Shown here: positions 1 through 8,710 of the stretch, in pieces
How the letters are laid out: every line of letters begins with the position of its first letter
Position numbering within the stretch: the stretch's first letter is position 1
Assembly: GCA_003056205.1 (NCBI GenBank)
Contig: LSNS01000004.1
Location: 55,870 to 119,869 of the forward strand
Source of the DNA: Parcubacteria group bacterium M6-OD1-4
Lineage (GTDB): Bacteria > Patescibacteriota > Patescibacteriia > Patescibacteriales > UBA12465
Direction: 5' to 3'
DNA length: 64,000 nucleotides
Made by a program: the position numbers and the translations under genes
The notes under the pieces: generated by a model
What the model was told of the DNA's origin: nothing
Database searches by the model: none
The model's input: the letters and a program-made list of their open reading frames with translations, nothing else

Positions 1-79
1 TAATTTTTGTAATAATTTCTTACATTCTTACTTTATCATATTAAATATTTTTGTCAAAGCAAAATCAATTATATTAGAA

Positions 80-150
80 TAGACTACTAGTAGTCTATTT
101 TAAAGTAATGCTTCCTCGCATACTAGGACAGCTTCTAGACTTTTTTGTGT
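80..150. repeat. tRNA-Gln-related junction repeat R1 (partial)
   Basis: Palindrome TAGACTACTAGTAGTCTA followed by CTCGCATACTAGGACAGCTTCTAGACTTTTTT, matching the cores at 4053 and 5684. Confidence 0.7.
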
Positions 151-166
151 GAAAATGACAAGATCT

Positions 167-895
167 TTAAGCTAAGTTACCATTCTTTCTAAATATAAAT
201 AGATGAGACATAGTCGTATCAATAAAATCAAGGTATTTTGGTGCTAATTTAATAAGGACTGAGATTGGTTTAATGCTTAACTTTTTTTCCAAAACTAAAC
301 CTTGAAGTTGAGCCGCTTTTATATAATTTTCATTTGGTCTTAATATATCATATATGATACCTAAGGGTCGAACTGTTTTAACTATCACTTCCCCATTACC
401 AATATCAACCACATCTAATTTATAATCAAATCTAGGCTGTTCAGCATAGGACTTTTCAGCAACAATTAAATAAAATAATCCATTGGGCTTTAAAAAATTT
501 ACAATTTTTTTAAAAGCTTTAGCTAAATCTGGTATATGCTCAAAAACCATGACTGAGACCGCCACATCAAAAGATTTTTTAATATCTGCCTTTGCTAAAG
601 TGTCTTCATATATCTCAATGTCCGGATAAAAATATTTTGAAATCTGAACATTCTTAATTGACGGCTCTATTCCATTAATTTCAACTGCGCCTAATTGTTT
701 TAATAAAGGAAAAAGCTGACCCATGCCACTGCCAATATCAATCACGCTTTTACCTTTAACTACCAAATTGGTCTTTAAATATTCTTGGAATAACTGACGG
801 GTCGGAGATCTTGGCAGACCCTCTTTTTTCCAATCCATCGTTTCAGCGTCATATTGATAAGGATTGGTTGCATACTTAAAATATTCGTTTGTCAT
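167..895 (-). CDS. class I SAM-dependent methyltransferase
   Basis: VIDIGSGMG motif I, GIEPS, FDVAVSVMVFEH, LKPNG motifs. Confidence 0.85.
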   Translation of the reverse strand: MTNEYFKYATNPYQYDAETMDWKKEGLPRSPTRQLFQEYLKTNLVVKGKSVIDIGSGMGQLFPLLKQLGAVEINGIEPSIKNVQISKYFYPDIEIYEDTLAKADIKKSFDVAVSVMVFEHIPDLAKAFKKIVNFLKPNGLFYLIVAEKSYAEQPRFDYKLDVVDIGNGEVIVKTVRPLGIIYDILRPNENYIKAAQLQGLVLEKKLSIKPISVLIKLAPKYLDFIDTTMSHLFIFRKNGNLA

Positions 896-1006
896 ATTTG
901 TTTAAATTTTAAAATTCTCTAATGTTTAGGGATTAAAAAACGTGCTATAAATTATATTTTTGGCAACTGTTCGGGAGACAAATTATATTAGAACTAAGAT
1001 ACAATC

Positions 1007-1912
1007 TTAATTAATCTTATTAATAGGTTTCTCTAAAAGATAAGAGCTTATATTATCTAAAACTTTTTGGCTTAATCTTAAAACAGATTCTTTTGTTCTG
1101 CCAGCGATAAAATTAGAAAAAATAACTCTTTCCAAATCACAAACTTTCTTGTAAAAGTTTCCCCCCTGAGAAATGTCCATAATTACAAAATTATTTGGCC
1201 TTTTTATCCATTCTATAAAATCATTTTCTTTAAAAGCCATGCCTAAAGTAGTATTAACAAGTATTTTTTCATTCATTAAATCAAAATCATCTTTATCAAA
1301 AATTTTAACATTTTTGGGAGTTTGTAAAATTATAATATCGCTTTTTCTTAAAAGATCTTTCTTATCAACGAAAGTTAATCCTTTATTTTCCCACTCTGTT
1401 TTTCTCGTCTTACTATTATAGAGAACTTTCATTTTAAAGCTCAAAGCTATATTTGCTAATAATTTCCCAATAGCACCCAAGCCAATTATACCCATGGTTT
1501 TTCCACTAAGTTCAGCTGGATAATCTTTCCATTGATATTTACCAAAGCCCCTTACTAAATTAATAAGCTGAAAAAATATATATTCTACAACACCCTCGTC
1601 TCCATAATCAACAATATTAGATACAATAATTTTATTCTTCCTGCACTCTTCCAAATCTATACCGTTAGAGTTTGTTCCACAAAGACAAATAAATCTCAAA
1701 TTTTTACAATTTGAAAGTAATTCTTTGGTTAGAGATGCTCGCCAACTCAACAAAACACAATCTGCGTTAATTAATCTTTCTTTTGTTTCATTATCATCTC
1801 TCGGATTAGAATTAAAAATCTTAATTGAATTTTCAGAATAATCTTTAAGTTTATTCACTGAACTATCAGAAATATTAACATTATCTAAAATTACAATTTG
1901 TTTAAATTTCAT
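1007..1912 (-). CDS. D-isomer-specific 2-hydroxyacid dehydrogenase family protein (catalytic residues degenerate)
   Basis: ELSGKTMGIIGLGAIG Rossmann motif; substrate-binding N-domain (GIDLEECRKNKIIVSN). Confidence 0.8.
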   Translation of the reverse strand: MKFKQIVILDNVNISDSSVNKLKDYSENSIKIFNSNPRDDNETKERLINADCVLLSWRASLTKELLSNCKNLRFICLCGTNSNGIDLEECRKNKIIVSNIVDYGDEGVVEYIFFQLINLVRGFGKYQWKDYPAELSGKTMGIIGLGAIGKLLANIALSFKMKVLYNSKTRKTEWENKGLTFVDKKDLLRKSDIIILQTPKNVKIFDKDDFDLMNEKILVNTTLGMAFKENDFIEWIKRPNNFVIMDISQGGNFYKKVCDLERVIFSNFIAGRTKESVLRLSQKVLDNISSYLLEKPINKIN

Positions 1913-1946
1913 ATTATCGTAGTATTATTTAATAATCTACACAAAA

Positions 1947-2127
1947 ATTATATCATATCTGAAATAATTGGATACTAAACAGGGATTTGAACCGAGAAAA
2001 ATCAGTAAGAATTGGGCTTTTATTGGAATGATAAAAATGTCCGGATCATTCTTGCCTAACAAAAATAGGCCTTTAGGTCTACTTTTATACTTTTTCTTGG
2101 ACATAGGAACAGCTTCCAAACTTTTTT
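1947..2127. repeat. tRNA-Gln-related junction repeat R2
   Basis: ATTATATCA (reverse extended -10), CAGGGATTTGAACC identical to tRNA-Gln T-arm, hairpin, CAGCTTCCAAACTTTTT; collinear with R4. Confidence 0.8.
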
Positions 2128-2155
2128 GTGTATAAATATTAAAATCAAAATCACT

Positions 2156-3038
2156 TCATTTAAAACCCAACCTATTTCTTACGTCTTTAATTGTGTACTG
2201 AAAAGCTCCCCTATTCTCTAGTGACATAGACGCTACCATGGCAGCAAATTTACCCCGTTTCTCAGAATCTTTATATAATTCTAGAGCTCTAATAAACGCT
2301 GACAAATATGTATCTCCAGCCCCTGTTGGATCTACTATTTTATTAGGTTTATATGCTGGTATTTCGTAATATTTTTTATCAACGAACAAATAAGAACCCT
2401 TTGACCCATCTGTTATAATCATATTATCAACACCATTGTTAATAAAAAAATTACCTATCTTTTTCACATTATTATTTATACCAGAAACAAACTTAGCTTC
2501 ATTTAAATCTAAAAAAAAGATATTTTAAATAAGGCAATAATTTAATTAACTTTTCAGGAGATCTTTGAGTAAATTTTCCATTATCAGGGTAAGTAAACAC
2601 TCCAAAATTTCCTAAAATTAAATTTTTATGTTTTAAATTTTTAAAAACATTCTCTGGAATATTATCATTAAACAAAGGAGAAAAAATTATATAATCAAAT
2701 TTATCTAAATTTTTTAATAATTTATTATCTAAAAACATTACGTTTGGAGAATATTTAATTTCTATAGAAACACATAAATCAGGATTATTACTATGATAAA
2801 ATCTTGAAAACTCTAAAGTTTTTTCTACGGGAACGTGAACAAAACTAATATCTTTAAAATTATTCTTTACCCACTCTTCATCATGTTCACTAAATGTTAT
2901 AAAAGGAACTATTTCTTTAATTCCTAGATTTCTAAATGTATGCGCTATATAATAAGGAATCCCACCGATTTGTAACTTTAAATCGTTATCTATTTTAATA
3001 TAATCTTTACAAATTGGGCCTAAAACTGCAACTCTCAT
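2156..3038 (-). pseudogene. PfkB-family carbohydrate kinase split by a +1 frameshift at an A8 tract (2511-2518)
   Basis: N-part has GPICKD/GG; C-part has ITDGSKG and DPTGAGDTY; removing one A joins the frames as YLFLDLNEAK. Confidence 0.8.
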
Positions 3039-3039
3039 A

Positions 3040-3927
3040 TTAATTTAAACTAATTCTTCTACTTTCCCCTTTTGCTTTAGCTTCTATTTCATCATTGTTA
3101 ATTTTAAACTCAATACTCTCACAATTATTTACACTATAATCTTTAAAATTCTTTCCTAAAAAATATAGCAATGAATTTTCATGACTAAAAGCTAAAACCT
3201 TTATATTTTTACTATAATCTGATTCATTTATCTTTTTTTGTCCAAATTTCATTAATCTAATTATATTTTTAAATTCCCTATTATACATTTCTTCAGCTGT
3301 TCTTATATCAGGAAATATTTTTGCTATTTCATTAGAATGCTTATAATAATTTTTACCCCAAGTACCTTGGTTGTCTAATTCAATTATTTTCCTTGCCTTT
3401 TTCCAATTATCTAACACATTCTGAGAGACATTTTTCTTGTTTTTTACCACTTCATTAAGATAATCTTTTTGGGGATGAAAAATAAACTCCAAAAGCATAT
3501 TCTTTAAATCTAAAGACAAACTATCTATTTTTCTTATTTCACCATCTCCTATTTTCTCAATCAAATCATCCCTGATATTATTGGGCTTAATAATTTCAAA
3601 ACCTCTCTCTTTAGCAACATTTTTATAAATTTTAGCTGTTTCAGCCGCTCTTACTAAATCACTAGAAACTATAAATAGAGAATCTCTCTCTGGATCTAAA
3701 TCATTAAAAAAATTTTCAGCTTCACTATGAGCCATTTCTTTTCCTTCTGGTGTCAAATCTGATAAAAAATCTTGTTTTTTTGGATCATGAAAATCTTCTG
3801 GATTGTTAGATGCTACAATATCTTCATTCATTCTATATTTAGACTTTCCATGCCTAGTAATAAAAAACCTATCATCTTTCTTCTCTTTTTTTCCTAATGC
3901 CCCTACCTTTTCAAAATCATTTTTCAT
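3040..3927 (-). CDS. histidine phosphatase superfamily protein
   Basis: ITRHG, DLTPEG, SSDLVRAAETA and FSHE motifs. Confidence 0.8.
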   Translation of the reverse strand: MKNDFEKVGALGKKEKKDDRFFITRHGKSKYRMNEDIVASNNPEDFHDPKKQDFLSDLTPEGKEMAHSEAENFFNDLDPERDSLFIVSSDLVRAAETAKIYKNVAKERGFEIIKPNNIRDDLIEKIGDGEIRKIDSLSLDLKNMLLEFIFHPQKDYLNEVVKNKKNVSQNVLDNWKKARKIIELDNQGTWGKNYYKHSNEIAKIFPDIRTAEEMYNREFKNIIRLMKFGQKKINESDYSKNIKVLAFSHENSLLYFLGKNFKDYSVNNCESIEFKINNDEIEAKAKGESRRISLN

Positions 3928-3948
3928 ATATCTTTACCTTATTTATTA

Positions 3949-4087
3949 ATTATATCACATCTAAATATATAAAATAACCCAATAAGGACTCAAACCGAGA
4001 AATACGAAAAAAAATAAAACAAAACGAGCTTTTAAACTCGCTTTATAATAGTTTGCTCGCATACTGGGACAGCTTCCGAACTTTTTT
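3949..4087. repeat. tRNA-Gln-related junction repeat R3
   Basis: ATTATATCAC; AGGACTCAAACCGAGA; CGAG..CTCG hairpin; TTGCTCGCATACTGGGACAGCTTCCGAACTTTTT. Confidence 0.8.
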
Positions 4088-4199
4088 AATCAAATATTAG
4101 AAGTTTTGTTTACTTTTTTATTTTGCTCAAATTAATTAGCTGTATCCGTACTAAAAATTAAAATAATTTTTTGTCCGAGGTAAATTCTATTTGGTTAAT

Positions 4200-5246
4200 T
4201 TATTTAAAATAATTATTGACCGCATCTTCAAATTGTTCAATAAAGATCTGCTTAAAATAAGAAATATTATTTAGTTCATAAAACAATATCATGGCTTTTA
4301 TATATTCTTCGGTATCAACTATTCGATAAGAAAGCGGAATTGAGTTATGCGCCAATAAAATAGCATTAGAAATCATTCGTGAGGTTCTTTTGTTGCCGTC
4401 TTCAAATACTTGAATATAGGCGATAAGAATGGAAACTAAAAAAGCCTTTTCAAAAAATGATTCTTTTTTATTGATTAAATCCACCATTTCTCGAGCCACT
4501 TTTTCAATTTGTTGGCTAATAGCCAAAGGCTTATACTTAGTGCCGACGATGGCGACAGTGCCGTTTCTCACATTCTTGGAGATTCCAAGTTTTTTGGTTA
4601 AAACAGAATGGATATACTCAATATCAGAATAGTTTAACTTGCTGAATCTTTCTTTATTCTGAATAGCCTCATTAAAAGCATCTTTATGGTTAAGGATCAT
4701 CTGAGTTTCTTTTTCAGTGTTCCCCTTTCCAACAACATTATTTTTAATCAAAGCCTCTGTGCCTAAAAGTGAATAGGTGTTTCCCTCTATCGCTGATGAC
4801 TTCCAAGAAAATTCGATCATTATCCTTTCAAATTCTTTATTGATAAGAGTTTGACTGTCATATCTGGAAAAGTTTTTGATAAACTCTCTTTGTAACTTCT
4901 CTAATTTTTCCTTTTCTTCTACCGTAAAAGTATCATTACTTAAAAGTTTAAATATTCCAAAATTAAAGCTTTCTTTCGCTTCTCTTTTTAGATACGGTAT
5001 TTTAAAATATTTTTTAACATCAATTTTTTTTAAAACGTTAGAGATCTCCGATAAAGAATATACCGTATTTTTACCAACGCCTTTTTTAGAGATTAATAAC
5101 TGTTTTTCCAACTCCTTTAAATCTCTTTGCAGGGTTTTTCTATCTATTCCTACGCTTAAAAGGAATAAAATATCAGATACCGATATTTCCGCCTCTTGTT
5201 TCATAAAAGAAATTATTTTATTTTGTCTTACCTGTTTTTTATTCAT
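4200..5246 (-). CDS. Fic family protein with N-terminal DeoR-like HTH
   Basis: RKTLQRDLKEL HTH; SSAIEGNT; Fic motif IQVFEDGNKRTSR. Confidence 0.9.
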   Translation of the reverse strand: MNKKQVRQNKIISFMKQEAEISVSDILFLLSVGIDRKTLQRDLKELEKQLLISKKGVGKNTVYSLSEISNVLKKIDVKKYFKIPYLKREAKESFNFGIFKLLSNDTFTVEEKEKLEKLQREFIKNFSRYDSQTLINKEFERIMIEFSWKSSAIEGNTYSLLGTEALIKNNVVGKGNTEKETQMILNHKDAFNEAIQNKERFSKLNYSDIEYIHSVLTKKLGISKNVRNGTVAIVGTKYKPLAISQQIEKVAREMVDLINKKESFFEKAFLVSILIAYIQVFEDGNKRTSRMISNAILLAHNSIPLSYRIVDTEEYIKAMILFYELNNISYFKQIFIEQFEDAVNNYFK

Positions 5247-5267
5247 ATAAAGACTATAACATTTATC

Positions 5268-5369
5268 GCGACATTTTTAAAGCCTATTTGCGACAATTTT
5301 TCTATAATTCTTATAAAAACCTTATAAATAAAGGGTTTCATTGCGACATTTTTAAAGCCCATTTGCGAC
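5268..5369. promoter_or_regulatory. 27-bp direct repeat pair upstream of the Fic gene (putative operator)
   Basis: GCGACATTTTTAAAGCCYATTTGCGAC at 5268-5294 and 5343-5369 (26/27 identical). Confidence 0.55.
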
Positions 5370-5526
5370 TTAAATATTAGAACCGCCGGCACCCTAGCTT
5401 CATTTTATTACAATTTCCCGCTAAAAGCTTTCTTGACGCTTATCACAATAATCATTCCACGACCCAAGATTTTTTGAAAATATACTTTGCCTGCATCACT
5501 CACAAGCCTAAAGCTCTCACACATTT

Positions 5527-5716
5527 ATTATACCACATCCTAAGCTCAAAAACAGGGACAGGGACTTGAACTAAGATAGGTCAATGAATATGGGGCTTTT
5601 ATAAAAACAACTAGTTTATACTAAAAATCTCTGGACTACTTTTCCCTCACAAAAATGGGCCTGAAAGCCCACTTTCATATCTTAGCTCGCATACAGGGAC
5701 GACTTCCGAACTTTTT
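5527..5716. repeat. tRNA-Gln-related junction repeat R4
   Basis: ATTATACCAC; GGGACAGGGACTTGAAC; TGGGC..GCCCA hairpin; GCTCGCATACAGGGACGACTTCCGAACTTTTT. Confidence 0.8.
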
Positions 5717-5802
5717 GTTTAAAAAGATTAGGAAATGTTGAAGTTTATCTATAAAGAAAGCCATACTCCTTTTTTGACTTTTTTTGATTGGTGCAGAAAT
5801 AT

Positions 5803-7626
5803 TTAATTTCGTTTTTCAATCCGCATATTAACTTTTACAGAAACCTTTGATTTATTTGTCTTGGGAATGTTAAAAGTAATTCTTTTTAGAATACGAGGCT
5901 TTTTATTGAATAGAATTTCTTTTTTTAACTCCTCTACAAGAAAATCGCTGGCAATATCGGGTTGTTTAATGGTCAAAATTAAATTATACTTTTTTCCATA
6001 TATTATCACCTCCTTGTTTTTTGCAGTTACTTTTAGCCACGTGATAAAAACCTCTTCAATATTAGAAGATTTCTTTAAAAATATATACTCATCATTAAAA
6101 ATTATAGAATTTTTTATTTTTGCATTTTGTTTTAGCAATATTATTTTTCTATTTAAGCTTATCAATGATTTCACGCTATAAGCATCGACTAATTCAACAG
6201 TTACTCTTTTTTTGTATTTAGAAATACTTGTAGAAATAAGTTTAGCAAAATATTTTTTTCCTTTTGACTGTAATTTGTTATTTACTCTAGGAACACTATG
6301 TCCGTAGGAATTAGCGAAAATACTATTATATCTTTTGGCACTAAAATAATCTTTGTCATATAGGCCCGCACCAGGGTCAGTGACAAAATTCTCTCCATCA
6401 ATGTTTATTATATAGCTACCCAGATCATTGTGATTATGATTTTCATTATTATGCCCAGCTTTAATGATCAATATAGCTGGAGTCTTTCGAGATTCATTAA
6501 CAAGACGAACGATTCCAAGGTCAGGTAAAACTGAATCTTTGTAAATATTGTTTTGATTTACCTGTTTTTTATTCCACCATAAAACATACCTAAGAATGTT
6601 AGAAATTCCAAGCCAATCAGGTTTAGATGACTCCGAAATAAAATTTGATAATGATTTTTCCCCAGTGGCTTGTAACAACTTTTGCATAATTCCTGGATTA
6701 AACACTACACTACTCTCACTAGTATCTGAAAAGCTAGCAAATGTTTCCGAGCTGAGCTGCATCTTTGAGGGAAGTGTGGCAATTTGTTTTACACGTTTAG
6801 TTTTTAGTAGATCAATTTTACCGCCAGTGGAAGATTTTAGCATTTCAGAAAAAATTACAAACATGCTTAATCCATAATTCCAATAGTGAACGCCTTCACT
6901 GGTTCCACCGTCTTCATAAAAAGCTTTGTTAATATAAACTTCTAGACTATCAAGGGCTTTTTTTATCGCTCGTGCTTTACGAGCAATATTTTTCTCAAGC
7001 AACAAAAAAGCTATGGCTACATCGCTATTACACACCGCGTTCCAATTATTATGATTTTTATACCACTTATGTTTTGATGTTTGGTTTAAATATGGATCAA
7101 ATATTTTTTCTTCAATAGACTCACGTACAATTAGACTAACTTTTTCGTCAATTTTGTCCCCCATAATAAAAAATACTTCAGCAAGTATTCTTGCTGTATT
7201 TGAAGAATAAAGGTCAATCATTCTTCCTTTATGGCATGGCACCACCCAAGTCTCTTCTTTACAGATCGCCAAAAGATATTTTTCAATAATATCTTTATAG
7301 CTTGAACGCCCTAATATATATAAAAAAACAGCGCTTGAAAGATATTCCCTGCGTTCGTTGTAAGGTTTTTCATATGCATCTCTTTCGCCTGTTTTAAAGA
7401 AAGAATTGTACAATATATGGTTGAGCTTTGGAATATTCTTTATTTTCGGGCTAACTTTTTTGATTAAATTTAATACTATTTTTGTTTGTTCTTTTTTTAA
7501 TATTTTTGAAGGATTTTGAAGTGCACTTTTTAATTCAGGGAAAGGATGATTTCCGGAAATCAAAAAACTTACAATTTGTTTATGACTGTAATTAAAAACC
7601 TTATTATTTCTGCCATTATACTTCAT
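5803..7626 (-). CDS. heparinase II/III family polysaccharide lyase-like protein
   Basis: NNWNAVC, DGGTSEGVHYW, GHNNENHNHNDLGS, DPGAGLY, NSYGHSVP motifs. Confidence 0.85.
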   Translation of the reverse strand: MKYNGRNNKVFNYSHKQIVSFLISGNHPFPELKSALQNPSKILKKEQTKIVLNLIKKVSPKIKNIPKLNHILYNSFFKTGERDAYEKPYNERREYLSSAVFLYILGRSSYKDIIEKYLLAICKEETWVVPCHKGRMIDLYSSNTARILAEVFFIMGDKIDEKVSLIVRESIEEKIFDPYLNQTSKHKWYKNHNNWNAVCNSDVAIAFLLLEKNIARKARAIKKALDSLEVYINKAFYEDGGTSEGVHYWNYGLSMFVIFSEMLKSSTGGKIDLLKTKRVKQIATLPSKMQLSSETFASFSDTSESSVVFNPGIMQKLLQATGEKSLSNFISESSKPDWLGISNILRYVLWWNKKQVNQNNIYKDSVLPDLGIVRLVNESRKTPAILIIKAGHNNENHNHNDLGSYIINIDGENFVTDPGAGLYDKDYFSAKRYNSIFANSYGHSVPRVNNKLQSKGKKYFAKLISTSISKYKKRVTVELVDAYSVKSLISLNRKIILLKQNAKIKNSIIFNDEYIFLKKSSNIEEVFITWLKVTAKNKEVIIYGKKYNLILTIKQPDIASDFLVEELKKEILFNKKPRILKRITFNIPKTNKSKVSVKVNMRIEKRN

Positions 7627-7702
7627 TTATAAAAAATTAAGCTCAATCTATTTCTTAATTTTAGCATAATTTAAACCAAAGTTCGAGTCCCGCTTGCACT
7701 AG

Positions 7703-7860
7703 CAACAGGGACAAGAAATTGATTTGCTGAGATTAGGTAAATTATATAAGAAAAGAAAATCACTTCCGAACTCCTAAAACATGGCGAATATTACGAAAAA
7801 ACAGGTGCTTTCGCACCTGCTCATCCCGTTCTGCTCGAAGTCGTGGACGATGTTAGAACC
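7703..7860. repeat. degenerate junction repeats R5/R6
   Basis: CAACAGGGACA..ACTTCCGAACT, then CAGGTGC-TTTC-GCACCTG hairpin followed by TGCTCGAAGTCGTGGACGATGTTAGAACC. Confidence 0.55.
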
Positions 7861-7914
7861 AGAATTATGTTATGTAAATAAAAAACCCACCGAAATAGGT
7901 TTTCTATTAGTGGG

Positions 7915-8559
7915 TCATGTTCTTGTAAATGTATCAAATTCCAAATACAGAATAGCACTAGCAGCGCCATAGCCGTTTTTGGAATATCGCCCTTCATGTT
8001 TTAATAAGCCAAGCACTTGTTCAACATATACAAAAGATAAACAAAGACCAGCATAATATCTTAGAATATCTTGCATTCCTAGAAAGAATAAAAAACGCAC
8101 TCTCTCTGGAAGTTTTCTAAACTTATAAATACATGATATTGGTGATAATGGCTTATTCTCCGGAAAAGCTAATGAATTGCTATACTTAGCTTTGTATAAA
8201 AACTCTGGAATAAGTCGTTCACATATCTCAATATATTCTGCTATGTTTTCGGAGCTATAACCAGATACATCTAATTTTAGCCTAAAACGCTCCAACACAT
8301 ATAAAAAAAGTATATACATCTGACCGCTGGCATTATAATCACCTGAGTAAATAATATCGTTAGAAATACATGATAATTTTAATTGCTCCATTTCTCTGAT
8401 GTACCTATTATTTTTTAAGATAAATACAGGTGTCATCTGCGGTAAGCTACCAAAAGCATTATAATAATCAAGAAAAGCAACTATGTTTATTATTTTACTC
8501 TCCTCATTATAAAAATAATTATAATTTTTTTCCATGGCTCTTATTTTAAAGTTCAACAA
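7915..8559 (-). CDS. hypothetical protein
   Basis: 214-aa ORF preceded by a consensus-like promoter; no recognisable motif; start uncertain. Confidence 0.55.
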   Translation of the reverse strand: MLNFKIRAMEKNYNYFYNEESKIINIVAFLDYYNAFGSLPQMTPVFILKNNRYIREMEQLKLSCISNDIIYSGDYNASGQMYILFLYVLERFRLKLDVSGYSSENIAEYIEICERLIPEFLYKAKYSNSLAFPENKPLSPISCIYKFRKLPERVRFLFFLGMQDILRYYAGLCLSFVYVEQVLGLLKHEGRYSKNGYGAASAILYLEFDTFTRT

Positions 8560-8582
8560 AATATTTATTTAAATATAAAAAA

Positions 8583-8611
8583 AGCATATCATACGATATA
8601 CTTTTTGTCAA
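8583..8611 (-). promoter_or_regulatory. sigma70-type promoter just downstream of tRNA-Gln
   Basis: TTGACA-17nt-TATGCT with TG extension. Confidence 0.6.
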
Positions 8612-8617
8612 GACTTG

Positions 8618-8688
8618 CTCGGGGACAGGGATTTGAACCCCGATTAACTGGACCAGAACCAGTCGTCCTACCATTAGACGATCCCCGA
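8618..8688 (-). tRNA. tRNA-Gln(CTG)
   Basis: TCGGGGA/TCCCCGA acceptor, anticodon loop TT-CTG-GT, GGTTCAAATCC T-arm. Confidence 0.95.
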
Positions 8689-8710
8689 ATATTTTTTATT
8701 ATATTTTTTA

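Noticed and set aside
1937-2119. 60-aa ORF (likewise 7781-7972)
   Set aside because: Coincides with junction repeat sequence and has no protein-like features.
7681-7691. GTTCGAGTCCC as an additional tRNA
   Set aside because: Only a T-loop fragment; no cloverleaf can be built.
80-7860. Junction repeats as a CRISPR array
   Set aside because: Spacing is 1.5-2 kb with whole genes between copies, the repeats are degenerate, and no cas genes are present.
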